In this document: positions 27,260 to 40,542 of the stretch, piece after piece | Numbering within the stretch: position 1 is the stretch's first letter | How the letters are laid out: each line of letters opens with the position of its first letter | Source: Paraphysomonas bandaiensis | Lineage: Eukaryota > Protista > Chrysophyceae | Direction of reading: 5' to 3' | DNA: 64,000 bases | Assembly: GCA_965644295.1 (NCBI GenBank) | Contig: CBFFRP010000080.1 | Location: 372,001 to 436,000, forward strand | Notes under the pieces: generated by a model | The model's database searches: none | Seen by the model: only the letters and a program-made list of their open reading frames with translations | What the model was told of the DNA's origin: nothing | Program-made: the position numbers and the translations under genes

Positions 27260-28526
27260 TCTCGATATTACTACAGCTCACGTTGTATTATTAACTGCTT
27301 AGCCAAATCACGTTGCCAGTAACTCGGAGTTTTATCGATCGCTATATAGTATATAGTATATAGGACTTGGCTGCTGTCATTCAGTTGTACTATTGTAAAC
27401 GCTTTACTTCAGGGTTAGGGGTTATATTGATTGCTCGGCCGGCAGATCTTATTACTATTAAGCTAGCTTGAAATACAGTGCATCGTTAATATCAATGTTG
27501 AGATCGTATAAGTTGCTAAAGTTTTCGTCGTCATAGGGCAGTATTATTGATTAAAACAATAAGATTATATGTATGAAACTGTAGTGAATATAATAATTCA
27601 ATATTTAATAGAATAATAAAGTACTTATATAAATGTCTGCGATGTTTAGTGTGAGGGGTATTGGTGTATGCTATGATGTCCGCAACGTTGTAACAAAGTA
27701 GTATTGGGTTAGTAATACTAAACAATGAGCTGTCTACGAATAAATTCACAAAACTAGTGTCACTGATTTTATGAAGAGTATTCCAGCAGTTTCCATTGCA
27801 GCTGCTGAGGTTGACGGGCGAGCGTTGGCCGTGATACACTTATTAAAATAAGTAGCTGTATTGACCGTACACTGTTATTTTTTTCAGTCTTTCTAATTGA
27901 CCCAATCCTAAATATATAACAGATAGAATACCGACAAAATGACAAAAGTGACAGCACCCGTTTTCCCATTTCTCTGTTCTGTGAGTAGTATTGTTCTGTT
28001 CGAATGGGGATGGTGGACACTTTATATGTATACAGAATATCCAAACTAAATTAACACATCTTAAAGATAAAACTATTCGGAATATACCATAGTATTGTTC
28101 TGCCCACTGTAGAAATTTAATAATTTGATCGATTTTATGCTGTAATGATGCAGGAAAATAACCCAAACATTGACCACAGTGTGGATAACACAGTCATGTA
28201 CATGACAATCAAATTTAAAAAAATTCTACAATGGCAGAACAACATGAAGAAGGATGCGTTTATTTGGATTCTTGTGTACATACACGGTACATGAATGAAG
28301 AGCCCGTCATACCACAGTGTACAGAACAGAAAAATGGCATTTTTGTCGGAATACCTACACTTCGTACAATACACTGTAATACAACACACAAACTTCCTAA
28401 AAAATAGAGATTTTGAAAGAACAAATATCAAAAAATTGGTTAGGTTTTGGGTTGCAAAGAGAGTAGGTAAAGTAGAATGATTGGGGCCGTCCATCAAGAG
28501 AAGTGATGTGACATGCCTGCAGAGAC

Positions 28527-31500
28527 TTATCAGTATATCTACATATATTATATACCATATCTCATCTGTATGGAATGTAATTGAATGTTCGGATTCTAAT
28601 ACGAACCTATTGTATGGGATAGGGATCTGTTTTGATTGTTGTTCGCGTCGACTGAATGGATGGCTGTTGTGCGTGGCGATTAGTTACGGAGTGTGAGATG
28701 TGGATACATCATATGAGAAGGTAGAGTAGTTATAATTGACAGCATTGGCACGATACAATATTCCTTTACACGAGTATATATTTTATTTATGCATCTGTGT
28801 ATATTCCGCACCATTTGCCCCTCGATTAGGTTTGTACATACCGTATTGAGGCTTCCTTAATGGTTCAATATAAACCCTTCCCTCTAATCGGCCATCTACC
28901 GAGTGGCCTTCGGGCTGCCGAGGGCGGGGGGGTTATCTGGGCGCATCCTCTTGGCTCTCATGCTAGATGATGAATCAGTCTTCCCACATCTATTTATTAG
29001 TATATCTACATATATTATATACCATATCTCATCTGTATGGAATATAATTGAATATTCGAATTCTAATACGAACCTATTGTATGGGATAGGGATCTGTTTT
29101 GATTGTTGTTCGCGTCGACTGGATGGATGGCTGTTGTGCGTGGCGATTAGTTACGGAGTGTGAGATGTGGATACATCATATGAGAAGGTAGAGTAGTTAT
29201 AATTGACAGCATTGGCACGATACAATATTCCTTTACACGAGTATATATTTTATTTATGCATCTGTGTATATTCCGCACCATTTGCCCCTCGATTAGGTTT
29301 GTACATACCGTATTGAGGCTTCCTTAATGGTTCAATATAAACCCTTCCCTCTAATCGGCCATCTACCGAGTGGCCTTCGGGCTGCCGAGGGCGGGGGGGT
29401 TATCTGGGCGCATCCTCTTGGCTCTCATGCTAGATGATGAATCAGTCTTCCCACATCTATTTATTAGTATATCTACATATATTATATACCATATCTCATC
29501 TGTATGGGATAGGGATCTGTTTTGATTGTTGTTCGCGTCGATTGGATGGATGGCTGTTGTGCGTGGCGATTAGTTACGGAGTGTGAGATGTGGATACATC
29601 ATATGAGAAGGTAGAGTAGTTATAATTGACAGCATTGGCACGATACAATATTCCTTTACACGAGTATATATTTTATTTATGCATCTGTGTATATTCCGCA
29701 CCATTTGCCCCTCGATTAGGTTTGTACATACCGTATTGAGGCTTCCTTAATGGTTCAATATAAACCCTTCCCTCTAATCGGCCATCTACCGAGTGGCCTT
29801 CGGGCTGCCGAGGGCGGGGGGTTATCTGGGCGCATCCTCTTGGCTCTCATGCTAGATGATGAATCAGTCTTCCCACATCTATTTATTAGTATATCTACAT
29901 ATATTATATACCATATCTCATCTGTATGGGATAGGGATCTGTTTTGATTGTTGTTCGCGTCGATTGGATGGATGGCTGTTGTGCGTGGCGATTAGTTACG
30001 GAGTGTGAGATGTGGATACATCATATGAGAAGGTAGAGTAGTTATAATTGACAGCATTGGCACGATACAATATTCCTTTACACGAGTATATATTTTATTT
30101 ATGCATCTGTGTATATTCCGCACCATTTGCCCCTCGATTAGGTTTGTACATACCGTATTGAGGCTTCCTTAATGGTTCAATATAAACCCTTCCCTCTAAT
30201 CGGCCATCTACCGAGTGGCCTTCGGGCTGCCGAGGGCGGGGGGGTTATCTGGGCGCATCCTCTTGGCTCTCATGCTAGATGATGAATCAGTCTTCCCACA
30301 TCTATTTATTAGTATATCTACATATATTATATACCATATCTCATCTGTATGGGATAGGGATCTGTTTTGATTGTTGTTCGCGTCGATTGGATGGATGGCT
30401 GTTGTGCGTGACGATTAGTTACGGAGTGTGAGATGTGGATACATCATATGAGAAGGTAGAGTAGTTATAATTGACAGCATTGGCACGATACAATATTCCT
30501 TTACACGAGTATATATTTTATTTATGCATCTGTGTATATTCCGCACCATTTGCCCCTCGATTAGGTTTGTACATACCGTATTGAGGCTTCCTTAATGGTT
30601 CAATATAAACCCTTCCCTCTAATCGGCCATCTACCGAGTGGCCTTCGGGCTGCCGAGGGCGGGGGGGTTATCTGGGCGCATCCTCTTGGCTCTCATGCTA
30701 GATGATGAATCAGTCTTCCCACATCTATTTATTAGTATATCTACATATATTATATACCATATCTCATCTGTATGGGATAGGGATCTGTTTTGATTGTTGT
30801 TCGCGTCGATTGGATGGATGGCTGTTGTGCGTGGCGATTAGTTACGGAGTGTGAGATGTGGATACATCATATGAGAAGGTAGAGTAGTTATAATTGACAG
30901 CATTGGCACGATACAATATTCCTTTACACGAGTATATATTTTATTTATGCATCTGTGTATATTCCGCACCATTTGCCCCTCGATTAGGTTTGTACATACC
31001 GTATTGAGGCTTCCTTAATGGTTCAATATAAACCCTTCCCTCTAATCGGCCATCTACCGAGTGGCCTTCGGGCTGCCGAGGGCGGGGGGGTTATCTGGGC
31101 GCATCCTCTTGGCTCTCATGCTAGATGATGAATCAGTCTTCCCACATCTGTTTATTAGTATATCTACATATATTATATACCATATCTCATCTGTATGGAA
31201 TATAATTGAATATTCGAATTCTAATACGAACCTATTGTATGGGATAGGGATCTGTTTTGATTGTTGTTCGCGTCGACTGGATGGATGGCTGTTGTGCGTG
31301 GCGATTAGTTACGGAGTGTGAGATGTGGATACATCATATGAGAAGGTAGAGTAGTTATAATTGACAGCATTGGCACGATACAATATTCCTTTACACGAGT
31401 ATATATTTTATTTATGCATCTGTGTATATTCCGCACCATTTGCCCCTCGATTAGGTTTGTACATACCGTATTGAGGCTTCCTTAATGGTTCAATATAAAC

Positions 31501-34500
31501 CCTTCCCTCTAATCGGCCATCTACCGAGTGGCCTTCGGGCTGCCGAGGGCGGGGGGGTTATCTGGGCGCATCCTCTTGGCTCTCATGCTAGATGATGAAT
31601 CAGTCTTCCCACATCTGTTTATTAGTATATCTACATATATTATATACCATATCTCATCTGTATGGAATATAATTGAATATTCGAATTCTAATACGATCCT
31701 ATTGTATGGGATAGGGATCTGTTTTGATTGTTGTTCGCGTCGACTGGATGGATGGCTGTTGTGCGTGGCGATTAGTTACGGAGTGTGAGATGTGGATACA
31801 TCATATGAGAAGGTAGAGTAGTTATAATTGACAGCATTGGCACGATACAATATTCCTTTACACGAGTATATATTTTATTTATGCATCTGTGTATATTCCG
31901 CACCATTTGCCCCTCGATTAGGTTTGTACATACCGTATTGAGGCTTCCTTAATGGTTCAATATAAACCCTTCCCTCTAATCGGCCATCTACCGAGTGGCC
32001 TTCGGGCTGCCGAGGGCGGGGGGTTATCTGGGCGCATCCTCTTGGCTCTCATGCTAGATGATGAATCAGTCTTCCCACATCTATTTATTAGTATATCTAC
32101 ATATATTATATACCATATCTCATCTGTATGGAATATAATTGAATATTCGAATTCTAATACGAACCTATTGTATGGGATAGGGATCTGTTTTGATTGTTGT
32201 TCGCGTCGACTGGATGGATGGCTGTTGTGCGTGGCGATTAGTTACGGAGTGTGAGATGTGGATACATCATATGAGAAGGTAGAGTAGTTATAATTGACAG
32301 CATTGGCACGATACAATATTCCTTTACACGAGTATATATTTTATTTATGCATCTGTGTATATTCCGCACCATTTGCCCCTCGATTAGGTTTGTACATACC
32401 GTATTGAGGCTTCCTTAATGGTTCAATATAAACCCTTCCCTCTAATCGGCCATCTACCGAGTGGCCTTCGGGCTGCCGAGGGCGGGGGGTTATCTGGGCG
32501 CATCCTCTTGGCTCTCATGCTAGATGATGAATCAGTCTTCCCACATCTATTTATTAGTATATCTACATATATTATATACCATATCTCATCTGTATGGAAT
32601 ATAATTGAATATTCGAATTCTAATACGAACCTATTGTATGGGATAGGGATCTGTTTTGATTGTTGTTCGCGTCGACTGGATGGATGGCTGTTGTGCGTGA
32701 CGATTAGTTACGGAGTGTGAGATGTGGATACATCATATGAGAAGGTAGAGTAGTTATAATTGACAGCATTGGCACGATACAATATTCCTTTACACGAGTA
32801 TATATTTTATTTATGCATCTGTGTATATTCCGCACCATTTGCCCCTCGATTAGGTTTGTACATACCGTATTGAGGCTTCCTTAATGGTTCAATATAAACC
32901 CTTCCCTCTAATCGGCCATCTACCGAGTGGCCTTCGGGCTGCCGAGGGCGGGGGGGTTATCTGGGCGCATCCTCTTGGCTCTCATGCTAGATGATGAATC
33001 AGTCTTCCCACATCTATTTATTAGTATATCTACATATATTATATACCATATCTCATCTGTATGGAATATAATTGAATATTCGAATTCTAATACGAACCTA
33101 TTGTATGGGATAGGGATCTGTTTTGATTGTTGTTCGCGTCGACTGGATGGATGGCTGTTGTGCGTGACGATTAGTTACGGAGTGTGAGATGTGGATACAT
33201 CATATGAGAAGGTAGAGTAGTTATAATTGACAGCATTGGCACGATACAATATTCCTTTACACGAGTATATATTTTATTTATGCATCTGTGTATATTCCGC
33301 ACCATTTGCCCCTCGATTAGGTTTGTACATACCGTATTGAGGCTTCCTTAATGGTTCAATATAAACCCTTCCCTCTAATCGGCCATCTACCGAGTGGCCT
33401 TCGGGCTGCCGAGGGCGGGGGGGTTATCTGGGCGCATCCTCTTGGCTCTCATGCTAGATGATGAATCAGTCTTCCCACATCTGTTTATTAGTATATCTAC
33501 ATATATTATATACCATATCTCATCTGTATGGAATATAATTGAATATTCGAATTCTAATACGAACCTATTGTATGGGATAGGGATCTGTTTTGATTGTTGT
33601 TCGCGTCGACTGAATGGATGGCTGTTGTGCGTGACGATTAGTTACGGAGTGTGAGATGTGGATACATCATATGAGAAGGTAGAGTAGTTATAATTGACAG
33701 CATTGGCACGATACAATATTCCTTTACACGAGTATATATTTTATTTATGCATCTGTGTATATTCCGCACCATTTGCCCCTCGATTAGGTTTGTACATACC
33801 GTATTGAGGCTTCCTTAATGGTTCAATATAAACCCTTCCCTCTAATCGGCCATCTACCGAGTGGCCTTCGGGCTGCCGAGGGCGGGGGGTTATCTGGGCG
33901 CATCCTCTTGGCTCTCATGCTAGATGATGAATCAGTCTTCCCACATCTATTTATTAGTATATCTACATATATTATATACCATATCTCATCTGTATGGAAT
34001 ATAATTGAATATTCGAATTCTAATACGAACCTATTGTATGGGATAGGGATCTGTTTTGATTGTTGTTCGCGTCGACTGGATGGATGGCTGTTGTGCGTGA
34101 CGATTAGTTACGGAGTGTGAGATGTGGATACATCATATGAGAAGGTAGAGTAGTTATAATTGACAGCATTGGCACGATACAATATTCCTTTACACGGGTA
34201 TATATTTTATTTATGCATCTGTGTATATTCCGCACCATTTGCCCCTCGATTAGGTTTGTACATACCGTATTGAGGCTTCCTTAATGGTTCAATATAAACC
34301 CTTCCCTCTAATCGGCCATCTACCGAGTGGCCTTCGGGCTGCCGAGGGCGGGGGGGTTATCTGGGCGCATCCTCTTGGCTCTCATGCTAGATGATGAATC
34401 AGTCTTCCCACATCTATTTATTAGTATATCTACATATATTATATACCATATCTCATCTGTATGGAATATAATTGAATATTCGAATTCTAATACGAACCTA

Positions 34501-37500
34501 TTGTATGGGATAGGGATCTGTTTTGATTGTTGTTCGCGTCGACTGGATGGATGGCTGTTGTGCGTGACGATTAGTTACGGAGTGTGAGATGTGGATACAT
34601 CATATGAGAAGGTAGAGTAGTTATAATTGACAGCATTGGCACGATACAATATTCCTTTACACGGGTATATATTTTATTTATGCATCTGTGTATATTCCGC
34701 ACCATTTGCCCCTCGATTAGGTTTGTACATACCGTATTGAGGCTTCCTTAATGGTTCAATATAAACCCTTCCCTCTAATCGGCCATCTACCGAGTGGCCT
34801 TCGGGCTGCCGAGGGCGGGGGGTTATCTGGGCGCATCCTCTTGGCTCTCATGCTAGATGATGAATCAGTCTTCCCACATCTATTTATTAGTATATCTACA
34901 TATATTATATACCATATCTCATCTGTATGGAATATAATTGAATATTCGAATTCTAATACGAACCTATTGTATGGGATAGGGATCTGTTTTGATTGTTGTT
35001 CGCGTCGACTGGATGGATGGCTGTTGTGCGTGACGATTAGTTACGGAGTGTGAGATGTGGATACATCATATGAGAAGGTAGAGTAGTTATAATTGACAGC
35101 ATTGGCACGATACAATATTCCTTTACACGGGTATATATTTTATTTATGCATCTGTGTATATTCCGCACCATTTGCCCCTCGATTAGGTTTGTACATACCG
35201 TATTGAGGCTTCCTTAATGGTTCAATATAAACCCTTCCCTCTAATCGGCCATCTACCGAGTGGCCTTCGGGCTGCCGAGGGCGGGGGGTTATCTGGGCGC
35301 ATCCTCTTGGCTCTCATGCTAGATGATGAATCAGTCTTCCCACATCTATTTATTAGTATATCTACATATATTATATACCATATCTCATCTGTATGGAATA
35401 TAATTGAATATTCGAATTCTAATACGAACCTATTGTATGGGATAGGGATCTGTTTTGATTGTTGTTCGCGTCGACTGAATGGATGGCTGTTGTGCGTGGC
35501 GATTAGTTACGGAGTGTGAGATGTGGATACATCATATGAGAAGGTAGAGTAGTTATAATTGACAGCATTGGCACGATACAATATTCCTTTACACGAGTAT
35601 ATATTTTATTTATGCATCTGTGTATATTCCGCACCATTTGCCCCTCGATTAGGTTTGTACATACCGTATTGAGGCTTCCTTAATGGTTCAATATAAACCC
35701 TTCCCTCTAATCGGCCATCTACCGAGTGGCCTTCGGGCTGCCGAGGGCGGGGGGTTATCTGGGCGCATCCTCTTGGCTCTCATGCTAGATGATGAATCAG
35801 TCTTCCCACATCTATTTATTAGTATATCTACATATATTATATACCATATCTCATCTGTATGGAATATAATTGAATATTCGAATTCTAATACGAACCTATT
35901 GTATGGGATAGGGATCTGTTTTGATTGTTGTTCGCGTCGACTGAATGGATGGCTGTTGTGCGTGACGATTAGTTACGGAGTGTGAGATGTGGATACATCA
36001 TATGAGAAGGTAGAGTAGTTATAATTGACAGCATTGGCACGATACAATATTCCTTTACACGAGTATATATTTTATTTATGCATCTGTGTATATTCCGCAC
36101 CATTTGCCCCTCGATTAGGTTTGTACATACCGTATTGAGGCTTCCTTAATGGTTCAATATAAACCCTTCCCTCTAATCGGCCATCTACCGAGTGGCCTTC
36201 GGGCTGCCGAGGGCGGGGGGGTTATCTGGGCGCATCCTCTTGGCTCTCATGCTAGATGATGAATCAGTCTTCCCACATCTATTTATTAGTATATCTACAT
36301 ATATTATATACCATATCTCATCTGTATGGAATATAATTGAATATTCGAATTCTAATACGAACCTATTGTATGGGATAGGGATCTGTTTTGATTGTTGTTC
36401 GCGTCGACTGGATGGATGGCTGTTGTGCGTGACGATTAGTTACGGAGTGTGAGATGTGGATACATCATATGAGAAGGTAGAGTAGTTATAATTGACAGCA
36501 TTGGCACGATACAATATTCCTTTACACGGGTATATATTTTATTTATGCATCTGTGTATATTCCGCACCATTTGCCCCTCGATTAGGTTTGTACATACCGT
36601 ATTGAGGCTTCCTTAATGGTTCAATATAAACCCTTCCCTCTAATCGGCCATCTACCGAGTGGCCTTCGGGCTGCCGAGGGCGGGGGGGTTATCTGGGCGC
36701 ATCCTCTTGGCTCTCATGCTAGATGATGAATCAGTCTTCCCACATCTATTTATTAGTATATCTACATATATTATATACCATATCTCATCTGTATGGAATA
36801 TAATTGAATATTCGAATTCTAATACGAACCTATTGTATGGGATAGGGATCTGTTTTGATTGTTGTTCGCGTCGACTGAATGGATGGCTGTTGTGCGTGGC
36901 GATTAGTTACGGAGTGTGAGATGTGGATACATCATATGAGAAGGTAGAGTAGTTATAATTGACAGCATTGGCACGATACAATATTCCTTTACACGAGTAT
37001 ATATTTTATTTATGCATCTGTGTATATTCCGCACCATTTGCCCCTCGATTAGGTTTGTACATACCGTATTGAGGCTTCCTTAATGGTTCAATATAAACCC
37101 TTCCCTCTAATCGGCCATCTACCGAGTGGCCTTCGGGCTGCCGAGGGCGGGGGGTTATCTGGGCGCATCCTCTTGGCTCTCATGCTAGATGATGAATCAG
37201 TCTTCCCACATCTATTTATTAGTATATCTACATATATTATATACCATATCTCATCTGTATGGAATATAATTGAATATTCGAATTCTAATACGAACCTATT
37301 GTATGGGATAGGGATCTGTTTTGATTGTTGTTCGCGTCGACTGAATGGATGGCTGTTGTGCGTGGCGATTAGTTACGGAGTGTGAGATGTGGATACATCA
37401 TATGAGAAGGTAGAGTAGTTATAATTGACAGCATTGGCACGATACAATATTCCTTTACACGAGTATATATTTTATTTATGCATCTGTGTATATTCCGCAC

Positions 37501-38293
37501 CATTTGCCCCTCGATTAGGTTTGTACATACCGTATTGAGGCTTCCTTAATGGTTCAATATAAACCCTTCCCTCTAATCGGCCATCTACCGAGTGGCCTTC
37601 GGGCTGCCGAGGGCGGGGGGGTTATCTGGGCGCATCCTCTTGGCTCTCATGCTAGATGATGAATCAGTCTTCCCACATCTATTTATTAGTATATCTACAT
37701 ATATTATATACCATATCTCATCTGTATGGAATATAATTGAATATTCGAATTCTAATACGATCCTATTGTATGGGATAGGGATCTGTTTTGATTGTTGTTC
37801 GCGTCGATTGGATGGATGGCTGTTGTGCGTGACGATTAGTTACGGAGTGTGAGATGTGGATACATCATATGAGAAGGTAGAGTAGTTATAATTGACAGCA
37901 TTGGCACGATACAATATTCCTTTACACGGGTATATATTTTATTTATGCATCTGTGTATATTCCGCACCATTTGCCCCTCGATTAGGTTTGTACATACCGT
38001 ATTGAGGCTTCCTTAATGGTTCAATATAAACCCTTCCCTCTAATCGGCCATCTACCGAGTGGCCTTCGGGCTGCCGAGGGCGGGGGGGTTATCTGGGCGC
38101 ATCCTCTTGGCTCTCATGCTAGATGATGAATCAGTCTTCCCACATCTACATATATTATATACCATATCTCATCTGTATGGAATATAATTGAATATTCGGA
38201 TTCTAATACGAACCTATTGTATGGGATAGGGATCTGTTTTGATTGTTGTTCGCGTCGGTTGGATGGATGGCTGTTGTGCGTGGCGATTAGTTA
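28527..38293. repeat. Tandem array of 21 near-identical units of 466-467 bp (four consecutive units of 422-423 bp carry a 44-bp deletion)
   Basis: The marker ATGGTTCAATATAAACCC recurs at 28860, 29327, 29750, 30172, 30595, 31018, 31485 ... 37549, 38016 (21 copies). Only a handful of SNPs and a G6/G7 run length differ between units. Confidence 0.98.
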
Positions 38294-39083
38294 TGAACTA
38301 TCTCTTTGTTTAGTTAAGGACTATTCTAATTACTGGTTTTTACATGTGTGTAATTCAATGGTCATATGTAGAGTGAAACCGGAATATATTTTTGCCTTAT
38401 TACTAGTCCGAATATTTTATGATGCAACCGCTTTACATAGAATGTTATAAACTTACAAAATGATTACTATCTTAAAGGAAGAAAAGTTAACTCAGGTATT
38501 TTTAATTGTGACAACCATAATTGATCGCTAACTGCAATCTTTCGACCTTGATTAGTTACATGTCAAGTAAGCAATCCTTTACCAACACAGACACGACTTT
38601 TCACATTCTAAAGCACTATTTAAGCTGCAGGGTGCGATATTCTGCCGTATCACAACTAATTAATGGTCATAAAATGAAAGCCTCTAAGTTATATCATTTC
38701 ATAGGGGGAATAAAAATACTTATAGCTGGATAAGCACCTGCAATATATTGTATATTGCGGCAACACTCCTGATGTATTATTACAATAAAATAAGTCACTT
38801 TTACAAACTATTCTTCCAGGAAAATGTTTCGATGTTTATAAAGTTATTTTCAAGTTCAACATATCCTTAAAATTTCCAATTCAAACGGCTTAAATTTATT
38901 TAAAATGATTACATATATTAAACTTGTGAGATATAAAGAATTTACATAAACGCCCACTACGTCACTAACATCTCACTGCGCAGCACTGCAAAGCTGTAAC
39001 AACACATCCAAGCCACACAAACATATCCTATTTGTACCAAACATATAATGATTATGTAGTAATATAAAAGACAAACATACAGA

Positions 39084-39587
39084 TCATCTACTACTAATGT
39101 GTTTGATTCCATTTCTCAGAAAACCCAAACTTTTAAAATTCAAATTGCTCGGTAGCATCTCAGTTCTTGACTTCGTATCATGACTGTTTGGTACGACACA
39201 TAAAGTGTAAGCACGAATGTTCTTGATATCTATACTGTTCCATTGCAAAGATGGTTGATACAGATACATTCGTATAGGGGCCCCATCACTGTAGTTACTG
39301 GAGAACATAGAGGCATATACGGTGAAGCTATCCAGCCCTCCCTCTCCAGCAGAGTGACTCTTCATAAGGATAAAGTTAGAGAGAATCGGCTCCTCTTTAC
39401 CACTTGGAGACATCTGTGTGAGAGTTATGCTGGATACGAAATAGTTCTGGAAGGATATCGCATGCAGAGGGAGCTTCTGATCGCCACTCAACAGACTGAT
39501 CTCTATATAGCTCAACACAGGACGAGTTGCGTCCCGACGACCGATCACAGGGCTGCTGAATATAGGGAGCTCTTTGCAAGATTTCAT
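39084..39587 (-). CDS. NICN1: Nicolin-1-like protein (tubulin polyglutamylase complex subunit)
   Basis: ISFQNYFVSSITL, FILMKSHSAGEGG and IRMYLYQPSLQW parallel the NICN1 motifs ITFKNYYTA, CLMPDPHSEEG and LRLILRQPSPLW. Likely ATG at 39587. Confidence 0.7.
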   Translation of the reverse strand: MKSCKELPIFSSPVIGRRDATRPVLSYIEISLLSGDQKLPLHAISFQNYFVSSITLTQMSPSGKEEPILSNFILMKSHSAGEGGLDSFTVYASMFSSNYSDGAPIRMYLYQPSLQWNSIDIKNIRAYTLCVVPNSHDTKSRTEMLPSNLNFKSLGFLRNGIKHISSR

Positions 39588-39692
39588 GATGCAGATATGA
39601 CCAGATTTGAGGAACAACAATCGTACCTCTCCAGACCCTCCACACCTCCACACCCACCTACAGAGTCCACAGTACACACCTAACTACGATCG

Positions 39693-40437
39693 TACCTACC
39701 TACTTACCTACCTACCTACCTACCTACCTACATACATACATACATACATACATACATACATACGTACATACATACATACATACATACATACATACATACA
39801 TACATACATACATACATACATACATACACACATACATACATACATACATACATACATACATACATACATACATACATACATACATACATACATACATACA
39901 TACATACATACATACATACATACATACATACATACATACATACATACATACATACATACATACATACATACATACATACATACATACATACATACATACA
40001 TACATACATACATACATACATACATACAAACATACATACATACATCCATACGTACATACATACATACATACATACATACATACGTACATACATACATACA
40101 TACATACATACATACGTACATACATACATACATACATACATACATACATACATACATACATACATACATACATACGTACATACATACATACATACATACA
40201 TACGTACATACATACATACATACATACATACATACACTGTACATACATACATACATACATACATACATACATACATACATACATACATACATACATACAT
40301 ACATACATACATACATACATACATACATACATACATACATACTTACATACATACATACATACGTATACCTACCTACCTACCTACCTACCTACCTACATAC
40401 ATACATACATACATACATACATACATACATACATACA
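39693..40437. repeat. About 740-bp (TACA)n microsatellite with (TACC)n blocks near both ends
   Basis: Seen directly; a few interruptions (CGTA, CAAA, CACTG). Confidence 0.98.
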
Positions 40438-40542
40438 CGCATGTGTGTGTGTTGGGGTATTTGGATATGTATCATTAGCTTGTTCTGTGTATATGTCTGT
40501 GAGGTGGTGTGCAGGTTTTATTCGTATATCTGAACTATCCTC

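Noticed and set aside
27411-27424. Telomere-like AGGGTTAGGGTTA
   Set aside because: Only about two units; not an array.
27980-28480. Possible degraded cysteine-protease-like ORF (NGDGGHFICIQ) left of the array
   Set aside because: Multiple stops and no convincing catalytic Cys motif; cannot be supported.
28876-28930. Twister-like (UAA...GAGGG) or hammerhead (GAUGAUGAA) ribozyme in the repeat unit
   Set aside because: Lacks the twister P4 loop (GUnnCAAGC) and the hammerhead CUGAnGA plus GAAA core on either strand.
28903-37852. Repeated 86/100-aa ORFs (MAFGLPRAGG..., MVQYKPFPL...) in the tandem array
   Set aside because: The frame flips with G6/G7 homopolymer length and is broken by the 44-bp deletion; no recognisable protein family.
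28527-38293. CRISPR-like or rDNA/5S/snRNA array
   Set aside because: No unique spacers, eukaryotic context, and no 5S, U1-U6, tRNA or rRNA signature recognised in the unit.
38285-38297. GATTAGTTATGAA at the array's right edge matches the retroelement tail (minus strand, about 25891-25903)
   Set aside because: Only 12-13 nt of AT-rich identity with no extension on either side; compatible with chance.
39607-40533. Long YIHT/MYVC-repeat ORFs, also at 53540-54158
   Set aside because: Translation artefacts of the stop-free (TACA)n microsatellite.
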